Position numbers and translations under genes: made by a program | Notes under the pieces: generated by a model | Databases searched by the model: none | Seen by the model: only the letters and a program-made list of their open reading frames with translations | What the model was told of the DNA's origin: nothing | Source of the DNA: Lingula anatina | Lineage: Eukaryota > Animalia > Brachiopoda | Direction: 5' to 3' | Assembly: GCA_051362555.1 (NCBI GenBank) | Contig: CM120640.1 | Coordinates: 20,212,001 to 20,276,000, forward strand | DNA length: 64,000 bases | Shown: positions 27,601-41,028 of the stretch, piece after piece | Numbering within the stretch: the stretch's first letter is position 1 | How the letters are laid out: each line of letters begins with the position of its first letter

Positions 27601-30600
27601 TAACTGATACTCACTAAAACATTTATCATAAACATAAATGAAATATGAAAAGTAGTGTCTCAACCCAGGTAAGTAAAACACTGCTTTAAGAAAATTGACA
27701 CATTACATATTTTCCATAAAATAATGTCTATTACATGACTTATATAGTTATGGTCTCAACAAGTAGAATGCAGAGGTCACTGTTGTCATTTTTGACAACT
27801 AACAAGTGACAACTACAGTACCTTCATGTGACATGCAGATGTCCCACTAATGACAGCTATTCTGGATCCCAGTGGAATATGTCTGGTGACTTCTGTCTGA
27901 CAGCCAATAACCCCTAAAATTCCACATAGATATCATAAAGATGATTTCCTGGAATGATCAAAATACATGCAGACTTCTTACACAATATACGGAGAAGCTT
28001 TACAATAAAGTATTTGCATTTGCTTTCATGAAATAAGATTTGTTAAGTTGGGTCCTAGCTTTAACTTTACATAAATGGCATGAATAATAACCATAATACA
28101 CAATTCCAAAATTTTAAATATACAATTATTCAAAGCTTTTCACACACACTGGTAAATAAAAGATTCAGCAAGGCAGAGGGGCACAAGGAATTTTTTGGAC
28201 AAAGTCCATTTAACAAAATATGTTGAAGAAAACCCCTTTCTGCCTGTACTAATTTTTCAAAAATTTCACTGTTATACTGTAATGTATGCACATGCCTGCT
28301 CCTCTGGATGGACCATTTAGTCAGCATACCTATTCCTCCTGCATGTGCATCTATTATGCCAGTTCCTACTGCCAATGTAGCACGTAGTCCAAGATTTTCG
28401 GCTGCGTGCTCAGACAGACCCTCACCACACTGATATCCTGGCATTCTGAAGTCATTACCTTTCAAAAATAGGATGTTAACTCATTAAAAAGCATACACAT
28501 AGTCAATAATATGTAAAATGAAATTCCAATGCCATTTTGTTTGAAATGTGTTTCACCAAGCGCAATTGGTTTATGTTAAAATAGAGTGCTAAAATGAATG
28601 AATTTTAAATTGTTCATTATCCATTTCGAAAGCCAATAAAATATTCCACTGTCTTACTTTGATAATTACCTATTTTTCTGTAGTTGTCTTCTGTCAAATC
28701 CTCAAGGCCAATTTGTTTGAAATAATCATTACTCCATGATCCTTCCCCTGGTCTTTCAGGTTGTAGAACATAGGTCCATTTACAGACCACGGAACACAGC
28801 GATCTAGAAATACACAGCATTTAAAACTTTATAAAACTTATTTAAATCCTACATTGCAGACAATAATCATCAGGGGATTAGCTAGGGTACTTAACTTTTT
28901 TTTTATTGATTCTTTAAACATGTGGTATCTGTGGGAGGGGGGGGGCATAATAGATGGGGGATGGGGTGTCATTTTTTGTTCAAAATGGGTGCCACGACAT
29001 TATTCATATACCATCCTTTTTTAAATTTTCATGTGTACACTCACTGCATATGAGCTACATCCCTGATTATATTTGTTAACACCTTTCTTGTGAGTTCACC
29101 CAAGACATGGAATGCCATATCATTGTAAATGACCTATAGATTTTAAAGTCTGCACATCTCTCCACTGCATTGTGGAGATAAAGAGAGTAAAGCATTTCAT
29201 TTACAAAGGCATTCCAATTTGGTATTCTGTTTTGTATACCAATGTTCAAAGTGAAATTAATTACAGCAATCCATAAAAAACAAACTGCAAAGGGCAATAT
29301 TAAAGGGATAATAACTCTTTGTTTTGGTCAAAAAATGAGTTTTCCTGGAGTAAACAACAATTTTCCCATACTTACCAATGGTAACTTAATGAATCCATTT
29401 TTACATTCCCTGGTTTTTTTTCTAAAAAGTTTGGTTTATTGTTAAAATCTCTTAAGAGATTTTAACAGAGTATAGCCATCAATGGAGGTCACGTGGTCTA
29501 AAGACAAGCTCAGATATCAGAATAATAGCTATAACTGCCGTTTTTGTGGTAAAACAGAATATATTATATTTCTATGAGTTATTCACAATGTTTTTATTGT
29601 GAAATATAGATCTCATACAAAGAGTTATTATCCCTTTAAACAACTGACCTTGATAAGCTTCCAGTTGCTTTCCATGTTAGAAAATCTGGCAACTCCATGA
29701 AATATTCTGCTTTATCCCAACATTCCATTTTCAGGTTCTGAAAATTTTTAAAAAGTTTAAACATGAATTCTAGGCAATTTAAAGAACAAAAAAATCTAAC
29801 ATGTAAGTTCTGAAAAGCATAAATGCCAAAACAAATCAATGAGTTATAAAAAAACCTAGCCATGGATTAAGTCAAGCCTCTTTTATAAATCTGAGGTGTG
29901 GATTACAATATTCTAGATTTAAAATTTGTAAAATTGATTTTGTACAAAATTGCCATCCATTTTGTTACAAAATGATGCCTAAAATTAAACAAAATCAATT
30001 ATGAAGTATAATGTAAAAATCTATACCTAATAAATGTGCTTAAAACCACCCAGAGCAGAAGACCTTTATAAGCAAAACATTTTTTTCAGAAAATTTCAAC
30101 ACTTTTCTGATTTACAGATTTGAGCTACTCTCAGAATGAAGCTCATATAGAGACTGATGAATTTTACTTTAACAGTAAAATTTCTTTAAAAATTAATAAC
30201 CTAAAAACACTATAATGTTCTTGGTGTTTTTGAATAGGGTATACCTTTGTGAGAAGTGGAAACTGCTGGAATTTCCAGAAAAATTCATTATTTTTTTAAA
30301 AGGTTTAATGCAAATAATAACCTCCTTCAGCCACATGAGCTTGGGTGTTTCCATTTCTGGAGATATAATCCCTCCAACATAGTCCAGCACCCTGTGTTTT
30401 GTAGCATTGATCCTGTCTGCTTGATGAGAGGCACGGTGATCCATCCACATTACTATGTTCCTATTAGCATCTCCTGTAGGAATAGTTTTCTTTTATTAAC
30501 CAAAGGATAGACATAGACATGCAAATGAAAAGCTTACTCAGTAGTTTGAAAGAAATTTAATTTGTCATTTGGTTAATTAACAGAACTCTGGCTTTACCTT

Positions 30601-31555
30601 GAACAGACTACACACAGAATTCTAAAAGTGACTCTTTTAACTGAGCTCCACATAAGACAAATTAAGACATTATCACTTAGGCAGGGATTCCTTGATCAAG
30701 CAGCTATCACCTGCAGACAACCCTTAAGAAAGATGTTGCTTCTGTATTAGACCAAAAGTAGCCATGGCTTCAATTTGTTTGATAGAATATAAAAAAATGT
30801 TAACATCAAAAGCCCCCCCCCCCCCTACACACACACACACAACAAGGGTGCCCTGAGAAAGACAGTGATCATTATATCAATACAGCTCCATCTTACAGAC
30901 ACCATAGCTGTGCTAAAGGCAAAGACCACACAATTGTTATCTAAGTCATTAGTTATATTAGTTATATCGATAGTTATATCGATAAATTTTGCTGACAAGT
31001 GACATACCTGATGGACTGGCAGTGACTGGCTGTCCATCTTTACCAAGCACCACAAGAGAGCATGTTGAATCAAAACCAATTCCTTTGATTTCTTCCTTGT
31101 TGACTTTTGATGTGACTGCCTGAAAACAGAAACATTCACTTTCTAATGCCCCATTAAAAAGACGTTGAAAAGAGACGTGTAAAACCACCCCGATTTTTTT
31201 TTTTTTTTTTTTTTTGGGGGGGGGGTGCATTCACTCCCCCTGGTGCAAAAAACATTGGGGTAGATCTATTCTAGAAACGATGAGTGCCTCGTCTGTCCCA
31301 ACCGCCCTGCAGAGAACATATGGATAAAATTTTAAAATATCTGTTGCTGATAAGCCAATGGGTACAGACTGTTACCTTCACTGTCTTGCAGCACATTGCC
31401 CAAACATCTTCAGATGATTGTTCGTAATAACCTGGCTTTGGTTCCCATATCTGTATTGGCTGGCTGGCTGTCGCAAGAATGTCGCCGTCGCTGTTCACGA
31501 GTGCCGCTCGTACACTCGCCGTCCCAACATCTACACCGATATAATATCTCCCCAT
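24607..31555 (-). CDS. FGGY: FGGY carbohydrate kinase domain-containing protein (D-ribulokinase-like)
   Basis: 14 exons: 31555-31376, 31119-31008, 30473-30322, 29737-29649, 28803-28670, 28458-28330, 27913-27822, 27420-27313, 26959-26898, 26694-26538, 26268-26194, 25785-25665, 25198-25104, 24747-24607. Motifs [87 protein letters not shown]. Confidence 0.96.
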
Positions 31556-32016
31556 CTTGCGTGACCGGTGCAAGACTCAGGTTATTGTTTACAGTGTGGT
31601 AAATCTAGGTCACATAGCTCACTGGTCACAACAAATCACAAGATCACAAGAAACGATTGCTCGTGGATGTCAGGTTTGTCTCAACTAACGCAATCTGTTT
31701 GGTGCTGTGCTTTGTGTAAGAAATTGATTGAATTATATTTGAGATTGTATTAAATGTAACGCGTGCTAGAAGGGGAATTGATAGGCTAGATCTAACGATC
31801 CACAAAAGCAAAAATGAAATAAATAAATAGATAAATAAATAAAATAAATTACTTTAAATAATAATAATAATGAAATAAATAATAAATAAATAAAATTTTA
31901 AAAAGATAAATGTTCAACTCTGATCAGTGTCATTATTTAGATCACTGAGTGACCCATGGAGCAATACAACTTATTTTACAGATTAATCTATTGGTTCACC
32001 CCTTTCCAAAAGTGGA

Positions 32017-32058
<42 letters not shown>

Positions 32059-32522
32059 AAGCCAAACCCCTTCCTTCTGGACAAATATTGTTTACAAGCG
32101 TACAAATCCAGAAATAAACAACACAGTTCTTATATTTTTAAAGTTTATTTACAAATGTTCACTTCAATGATCCATTTACTATATTATATATACATGGATC
32201 AAAAAACAGGCAATTGGTTTTAAGTTCACTTTTTTTAGATGGTTTGGTCCACAGGTTAAGGAATATCAAAATTAAGGGAGAGGACTTTGCTTATCTGTGT
32301 CATTAGTCAAAGGAACATGCAGTGGCTTATTATTATCTGTAAGTAAACTAGTCTCCTTGTGATTTTCATAGGTACAGCAATGGGCACTATCTAATATCTA
32401 ATTTGTTTAATAGTATACAAAAGTCATCAATACTGTTATGAATGTGCTTAATTCACTTTCATTTTTTAATAGCAATGTTTGCGATGGTCCTTGGATTGCT
32501 CTGTGCATTTTGACCATTTTCT

Positions 32523-34899
32523 TTATTTTGGATATGCTTCTACTATCATTCCATGGCCCTGAAAAGAAAAACAAATATACCTCAATGGATTTTTCACATC
32601 ATAATTTCCCTGTTTTCTTCCATTTAACAATCTATTTATTGTGGAAAGGACTAGGTACATAACTCAATGCCTGTTCTCTGTTGAAAATTTTATCTATTGA
32701 CTAATATTACTATTATATGATATTCATTCACCTGTCCACCAGCTGCACAAGCAGCCACTAAAGCCAGTTGTCCCCCCTCTTTGGCCAGTCTGTTAGCTGC
32801 AGTAGTGACCAATCGCACCCCTGTGGCACCAAATGGATGACCCAGAGACAGCGATCCTCCCCATAGGTTAAACTTATCAAGTGGGAGAGCCCCAACCTGA
32901 AAAAGGCAGGTTATAGAATAGGGTACAGTTAATCTGACAACTTTCAGATGGTTTTCTTCCAGCCTGTTTTGACTTTCGCAAACAATTCCCATCCTTTTGT
33001 CTAGTGATGAGTATTCAAAACAGTCTTCACATACTTTGATCTTAAATGGCACAGGAGGCATAGAAACTAATTAAGTAAGAAATCTTGAGAATTTCTCAGA
33101 AAGATTTGTAACAGGTAAATACAGTCCCCATTAAAACTTATTTTTTGTCTCCCTAGAAAAGTAATAAGATTGAATTATAAAGGAAACCTCAACATACTTT
33201 TGATTGCCTGCCCATCCATTTCTGACAGAAGAGATCACTATCCATAGCCCTCAAGTTAGCCAAAATCTGACCCTGAAAATGAATGAAAGGAAAAAAAAAA
33301 CAAATAAAAACAATTTCATTCACTGATGCATGCACCCGAACCCCATTGAGCTCTATTGCAACCTTGGAACTTTGTTACATTCATCATTTGCCAAACATAC
33401 ACAGTATAAGCAATTATTTTGCCACAAAGTAAAAAAAAAAATGGCATCATCACATTTACACAAGAGGAAAAAATATACCCATATCAGTCAAATTCAGAGA
33501 CTGTTATTGTTATTAAAAGGAGTTATTCAAAGTTTCCAAATCATATGACTTATGGACTTACTGCAAAAGCTTCATGGAACTCAAAACAGTCAATATCTTG
33601 AATTGTGAGACCATTCCTTCCAAGAACTTTGGGTGTTGCATACGCTGGACTGGAGTGGAAGAAAGAGCATTGTTGCAACTATCAAAATATATAAAACCAT
33701 ACATTTAAAAACAAAATCAATGTACTAAACAATAAAAAAAAAAATAATTAGATAAAAAATAAAAATATGCAGACCTGTCATTGTCAATTATATCTTAAAA
33801 GGCATCAAATTTGTATTTTTAGAAAGATGACAAACAAAAAATCCAGTGTAAACAAATTTCAAGCAAGTGTTATGAAATAAAAATTTAGATCAGTTACTTC
33901 ATTTTGGATTTTTTCCTTTTTAATTGACATTTAGTCATCTTTTGCAAAACCAACTGATCAAAAAACTCTACTCAGACTAAATCGAATTACAAGCATATTG
34001 GCTAGGGGGAGTATGTTTCTGCTGAAACCCACCCAAGTAAGAGCTGATCTTTGGGGTCTTGTGCTACATAGACCCAGTCCCTGAGGTATGCCTTAGGTTT
34101 GTACCCCAAAGCTAGAGCTTTTTCTTCAGACATAATCAGGCAAGCTGATGCACCATCGGTCTGGAAAATAGATATCAAATCACAACTTGAATAAATGTAT
34201 TTCAAACTGAAGGTAAACAGAATGTATATATGATATTAGTTAAATGCAGTTTTAGCTAATAAAATTCACAGGGTGCATTTTCAACTTTGTGTGCATAGAT
34301 AAGTATAGTCTCATAAAAAAAATCAATGTCTCCACCAACTGGAAATTAGCAACTTTTCTTTCATTTTACAAGGGATCACATTGTTTGCCACTGTCTATTA
34401 AAGATTCCAGTATACTAAACAAATGTAGTAAAAGATATATTCAACTTAATATGGGAGTAATACATTTCTAAGATCTTTCTCCATGATACAACATCTTAAC
34501 TATAATCATACTCTTGTAAAAGTTTCAATTCAGAGATAAGAAGGTATTTTAGCACATATATAAGCTTGTAATGTAAGGACAATATGTAAAGTTTAGGTAT
34601 TGAAAATTAAAATTGTGTGATCCTCTCATTACTGACCAGATAAACATTGAAAAAGAAAAGAGAGATAAAGATGGAATAATAGTCCCTACCAGAAAAGAAG
34701 CATTGGCTGCAGTGATGGTGCCATGGGGTTTAATGAATGCTGGCTTAAGCTTGCTGAAGTCTTCCACACTAGAGGGCCTCACGCCATTATCCACAACCAC
34801 TGCATCAGCCTTCCCTAGAAAATATGTTTGACATCATGTAACAGCATGCACCTCTTACTATACAAAGCATTCACAATAGGTTTTCAAATATGAAACAGC

Positions 34900-34942
<43 letters not shown>

Positions 34943-37900
34943 ACTCATGCACGGACATTAGATGAAGTATCTATAACTAATAATCACCTTTTTCTCACAA
35001 GATCTGCTTTATATGGATTTTTGCACCAAATCCCTGAATAATTTTTAAGAAGAAATTCACAATTTTGAATCAACTGTTTATTCTTACAAATATGTACTAC
35101 TTCTCTTATTTAAATCTCATTATACATTGTTAATTATATATATATCTACCTGGCACAGAGGTAGGCATCACATCAGTCAACAATCCCTCCTTGATAGCTT
35201 TGGCTGCCATGCTATGGGATCTTACAGCATATTCATCCTGAAAATTAAATAAATGATAAAATGCATTCCATTTTATAACACAAGTATTTGAAATCCCAAG
35301 GGGACAATCAGTAATTAGCTGGTCAGGGGCAAGTGGTATCCAGACTTGTGGGCTTATCAAACCTGGGTAAATTTATAAAAAAAGGTAAAATAAATTAAAA
35401 AAATTAATAAATAAAAAATTAAAAAAAAAAAAACTTTAATATGTGAGATAAGGATCCTGCAATGACACAAGATGGTTATGAAATCAATTTAAATCACAAA
35501 GCTGATCTAGACATCTATAAATACAATGCTTAAAATTATTCAAATGAAATAAGTGTACCTGTCATTAGACACGACTCAAAACATCTTCACTGATGTTTTT
35601 ATGATAAGATTTCACATAGTTTATCTCTTTATTATTCTTGTTTAATCCTATTCTTTTTTTTTTTTTTTTTTGCCCACCTGTTCTCTCCTGCTTACACCAA
35701 ATGCACCAGCAAGTCTGTCAGCTGAGTGACCCATCACTTCATTGGTAGAGAATTCTGCTACAGATGGAGCCTAGAAGACAAGATTACAAAAATTACAAAC
35801 GGAACAGCAGGGGAAGGAAAGTGTATCCTGAATTATATTATGGTAATAAAAAAATAGTTCATTACCATAAAAAAGGGTCTTGCCGAAAACTCTGTAGTTC
35901 CTAATTGCTGTGTGTCAACTTTTATATATGCATTCTTTGTTGTTTACAGATACAGTTAATAACTTAACATCTTCTAAAATTAATAATCCTCATATGAATC
36001 CTTGCAGTTATTTGGAGGATATACTTTTAAAAAGATCTCCTAAAAGAAGCATAACCAGTTTTAATGTGAAATAAAATTACTTACATCTGGTGTAAGTGCT
36101 TTTAGACTCATCATTTGCAAAGCTAGACCTATCAGTTCACCCTTAGACTTGGCCCTGCTCATCTGGATCAAAATTTCCCTGCCTTTACGGCTGAAACGGA
36201 TGGGGGCATCAGACATGAAGTCCACTCCTCCAGCAACCACACAATCTGAGTGTCCAGTAGTTATGTAGTTCCAAGCTGAAAAGACATAAATCATAATTTC
36301 TTTATTTTTTTGAGGGAAAAAGAATGGAAAGAATTATTGTTAGCAATACCAAGTTTGAATTTGTATTCTGCATTAAAAGCTTTGAACTCCTTTAGTTAGA
36401 TGTGTACAGAGCTGATAAAATGATATTTCAAACTTTTTTGTTTCAAAGTAAAGGCATGTGAATAACATGATGCTATACTGACAAACTGTAGTACAATTTA
36501 AATCCTGTACACTTAGTATTATCAGAAATATTTAGCTTGTGCCTTGTTACAGGCTGGTGCTGTCTGCTGAGGAATAAGCTCTGACTAAGGTCGCATTCAA
36601 AACAGTGGACTAACTAGTCCATGGGTCAAATATGGCAACCCACTAAAAAGCTTGCTGTGTAATCCGCTAATAGACACTAAACAGATTCCCCATGGTTAAG
36701 TATTCAAGTGGGTTGGCCATATTTGACCCTCTGGCTAGTTTGTCCAAAGCTCTGAATGCGGCCTAATTTACATCAACTTTATTTTTCATCATTATCAAAA
36801 GAAGTTCAACACACCAGATGTGATGGCTTGGTTTGAAGAGATACAAGCCTGCGTCACAGTGTGAGCAGGGGCACTTTGTGGGATCCCAGCGCCAAGGGCA
36901 GCCTGATGATAAAAAAAGTTCATTATTTTTGTTCACATTTTACTATAAATTTCCTCTAACAAATTGAACCAGTTCTACATCAGATTCTATTACATATATC
37001 AAACCTTTTGGCACCTTATATCTATCCTACCACAGCTAATTATTTACTAAAATTACAATTCATGAAGAGAAACAATTTAAAAAAGAAACAGATATTAATG
37101 GTTTATCATATGTGGAAGCATGTTATCATACCTCCCTGGCAATATTGCTTGTCTTCACTTCCTGAATCACAGTTCCAACAATTACATTATTTATTTCCTC
37201 TGCAAAAATAATAAGACACGGTAATTTTAACAGAAATTTGAAAATTAGATGCATTACAAATTAATATAATAGTAATAATTATAATAATATTAATAAAATA
37301 AAAATAAAAATATATATATAGAAAAGAAAAATATATTCTATTCATATAAAAAAAATCAAACATCCACATTTCTCACATATTTTAGCACAAAACAGCACAG
37401 CTCATGCTTTTTCATGATAAAGTTCTAGCTTAAATGCCTAGTTCTTTAAGACTCAACTACATAACTGTTAGAAACAACCATAAATGGTGAACCAAGTCTG
37501 GAAATGTCCCAAATCAATAGGTCATATGGGAACAGGATGCCATGACTATGGTTTCACATCTGGAAAAAGTTTATATATTAAATGACACCTACCTTTGGGT
37601 ATTTGTGTATGTTCTAGGAGAGACCTGGAAAAGATACAGGTAAATTAAAAATGAGCTTGGTTAATGCAGCCTGTGTTCCATAACCGTCATGACCCAGCTT
37701 CTTCATTTCCAAATTTCATGTATGCTTGTGTCCACTCAACTTTAGTGGCATCAATTTAAAAGTATACCACACCAATCACAGGTCTATTTATTTTGTCCAT
37801 ATGGTCTTCTACAGAACAACCTGGACAACCAAACACATGTTTTAGTTTGCACAGTTAGCTTCAATCAAACGTGCTGATGAAGTCCAGTGCAAATTAAGAC

Positions 37901-39762
37901 TTGGAAATGAAGAAGCTACCAAGCATTGGATCTATTGCTCATAGTAACTTAAAACTTATAAAATGATAAAATTCAAACAATTTTATTGTTGTTAAAGCAG
38001 TCAAACAAACTATTCCTGTATTCACTTTTTTTTTTTCACAAGGAAGAAAGTTTCTTCGACTTTTAACTACAGTTCTTATCTGCTATAATATTAGGTATAG
38101 TGACCAAAATGTACATATTTGTAATGGCTTGATGAACGAAATTCAACTGAAGTACATATATTACATAAAATATTACTCATGGAGAATTGATTAGGAAACA
38201 AACACTTAGAGCTAAACAAAAATACCTCTTTTCCTTCTTAATAACTGTCCATCCTGAAAATTTCACAAAATTTGAGTAGCACTTTTGGGTTTTCTATTTC
38301 TACCAAAAAGACAAAAATAAACACACAATACTATAGAAAACAGGTTTATCATTAGCAGAGAAAATTAGCCCTAAATTCACTTACTGTATAGCTTTTCTCT
38401 GCAAATCATGAGGCATCATATTTTTGTAGTCTGTGCCAGACTTAAGGAAAGGGGTCCTTACTCCATCCACCAACACCACATTCCGTAGACCACGGCTTAA
38501 ATCTCTTTTCCCTGGAAAATTCATAGGAACTGAAATTCCTACATCTAAAATATTTTACAATTAAGTCTCAATCAATCATTTTATTTCTCATAATGAGAAA
38601 ATATAATTAACCTTTCAATTCCTACTATCAAACGACTGGATTATTAGTGTAACTATACACCATTCTTGTTACCAGACAAAATCCAAAGATAAAATGTCTT
38701 TAACAATGAAATCCCCTGTCCACACTTTTTTAACATCTATGTCAATGAAATGAGACATTAACCTACATGGTGACCAATGGGTACAGTACAGAAGGGTCAA
38801 GAAAATTATTCATTTATAACTTATCTATAAATTTGTATCAAAGTCATCACTAGTATTTTACATATAATTTAACCGTTATGTATCTTTCAATTGAAATATA
38901 TTGGTACTTTATTAGCCTTTGTCGTAAGCCTAAATCATAATTATACTCTATTCTAAATTTGTTACATTGTAACAACTACATTGTAATGCAATGGAATATT
39001 TTAGTGACAACATCTTCCTATAGATCTGCAGATCCCTTAAAACAGTGCTATGAAATAACAAATAAAGCAGGTCCACTTAATTATTTTCTTATGTTCTAAA
39101 AATCAAAATGCTGACATAGGAAAGGGTTTGCAGCATTATCCACAAATAACATACAATAAACTATCTAAATATCATAATCCATTACCTGTTCCTCCAGCTG
39201 GTTTTGCCTTTTGCTGAAGTTGGAAAGATGTGCTTAAGCATCTTACAGTTCCAGCATCTAAACAATGATAAGCATAGCACATATATATGAAACTGTTATA
39301 TCATTTGTCAAACTTAACGTAAGTAATATGCATAATTAAACAATTAATTGGGGTAATTATTTAAATTAGAAAATTGCAAGTTGAACGTCCAGTACTTCTC
39401 CGCTGAATTTATTGTCACACCCTTGCAAAATGTGTACCACATGTATAATACAACTTTTCGTACGTGAGGATGTAAGATAATAACTACCTATAAAGACCAA
39501 ATATAACACCTAACATTGTGTACGTGAATCAAACACACGCCTGTGAAGGTGGAAACTTGACAACTTAGTGACAACTGGGTGCAATATTCAAATTATAAGG
39601 CAGTCTCATGGTTAAACATGTATGTAAAGAATGCACCGGTAATCAAAAGAAGTAAAGACTTTTTAGAGCCTAACAGAGTTGCTGACACACACGTTATTAC
39701 TTACTAAATCTGGCAGGCGAATTTAAGCCTACCGGCACTGCAGCCTTCCACAACGACGCCAT
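32523..39762 (-). CDS. HADHB: Mitochondrial trifunctional enzyme subunit beta (3-ketoacyl-CoA thiolase)
   Basis: 15 exons: 39762-39705, 39257-39186, 38511-38385, 37624-37593, 37199-37132, 36902-36815, 36275-36085, 35770-35678, 35237-35150, 34814-34690, 34160-34033, 33649-33562, 33272-33198, 32896-32732, 32558-32523. Motifs [84 protein letters not shown]-terminus resembles a mitochondrial presequence. Confidence 0.97.
34904..34940. repeat. (CT)n microsatellite
   Basis: Direct read in a HADHB intron. Confidence 0.9.
36589..36763. mobile_element. PIF/Harbinger-like MITE
   Basis: TIRs GGTCGCATTCA / TGAATGCGGCC. Inner inverted repeat GGGTCAAATATGGCAACCCACT / AGTGGGTTGGCCATATTTGACCC. TAA duplicated on both sides. 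Confidence 0.7.
37696..37917. mobile_element. MITE-like inverted-repeat element
   Basis: 17-bp TIR AGCTTCTTCATTTCCAA / TTGGAAATGAAGAAGCT. Confidence 0.55.
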
Positions 39763-40289
39763 CTTAACCGTGATGAACTTTGGACCCAATATCCATATAG
39801 AGGCCTCGTTTTCGCTGGGTATTCATGCATGTTGTACGACTCCACTTCCAACTTTTCAACCTTCCGACGTTTAGTTATGCCCCGGATCGCATAGAAAATA
39901 TCAAAATAAACCTAAAACATTAATGAGATAAATAAAAATAAGTTCTTTTCATTTACTAGTACCCTGTTATGACATCCGCCAATTCATCTGGATATATTAA
40001 TAAGTATGTTTTAGGTTACGTACGTCAGGCCTCAGGGAATTATATCCGATATAATTCCCTGCTGTATGTAACACGTACCTCTATCTTTATTACTTGATGA
40101 AAATCATGTCAACGGGTCATCACAATGAGATAACAAAATAGACGGTTTATCCTCCTTAATAAAACTAGAGTACTGGTCTAAAAGATTACTATTTTTCTCG
40201 TTTATACTTCGATTCTTTGAATCTATACTAGCTTGTACTTTTTCATTTTTTGTGGAAAACGTTTGTGGATTCTTTGTGATATGTTTATA

Positions 40290-40472
40290 CAGGCCCGTAG
40301 CCAGGGGGGGGGGGGGGGGGGGGGGTTCGGGGGGTTCGAAAGAACCCCCCTTTTTGCTGGAAAAAGGTCCACTCTGGGTAAAATTTGACCTAGGTACATG
40401 GGGATTATATGGTAAAAGGTCCACATTTTCAGAAAAAGAACCCCCCCTTTGAAATTGCTGGCTACGGGCCTG
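40290..40472. mobile_element. Non-autonomous DNA transposon (CAGG termini, hAT-like)
   Basis: 15-bp TIR CAGGCCCGTAGCCAG / CTGGCTACGGGCCTG. Inner GGGGGTTC...GAACCCCCC. TTATA on both flanks. Confidence 0.75.
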
Positions 40473-40553
40473 TTATAAGTGGATCAAAATAAAAATCGGA
40501 AGATCCACAATAAATTCACGTGAAATACATGGACTCCCCCCCCCCAACACCAC

Positions 40554-40557
<4 letters not shown>

Positions 40558-40646
<89 letters not shown>
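40558..40646. repeat. (TA)n microsatellite
   Basis: Direct read. Confidence 0.95.
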
Positions 40647-40652
<6 letters not shown>

Positions 40653-40655
40653 TTG

Positions 40656-40940
40656 TCGCCAGGTGGCAGTTATGTATGGAGATTCTGATTTAAACTGGTC
40701 AGTGTTACGATATGTCACAGACTGTGTTTAAATATGCTTGGATCCTGCATAAGTTCTAAGATAATAGTAAAATAAAAACGGTTTAACAATGTTTTCAAGT
40801 TAAAATGTCTCATCCGTCTCAACCCAGCACATCCAGTGTCGCTAAGATCGTGACGTCATAATATAGGTAGACGAATCAACAGGGAAAGGAATGGTGGATG
40901 GCGATTTCTTCTCTGTTCGATTTGATATTTACTGCGATTG
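40656..40940 (+). promoter_or_regulatory. Promoter of right paralog: CTCF-like site (40656-40669) and CRE palindrome (40851-40858)
   Basis: TCGCCAGGTGGCAG and TGACGTCA read directly. The downstream TGACGTCATAAT..AGAC.AATCAAC.GGGAAAGG.AATGG.GGA..TTCTC.GTTCGATT..ATTTACTGCGAT block is shared with the left promoter. Confidence 0.55.
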
Positions 40941-41028
40941 AAATAATACAAAGACAGGTTTATTATCTCTTTTGTTTATTCTGAATAATGTGGATCACAC
41001 AGAACAACAAGAAGATCTAAATTGTAAA

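Noticed and set aside
37870-37910. Hammerhead ribozyme core (CTGATGA-AGTC...GACT-TG-GAAA)
   Set aside because: Extra bases before GAAA and no convincing stems I/III or cleavage triplet; it overlaps a MITE terminal repeat.
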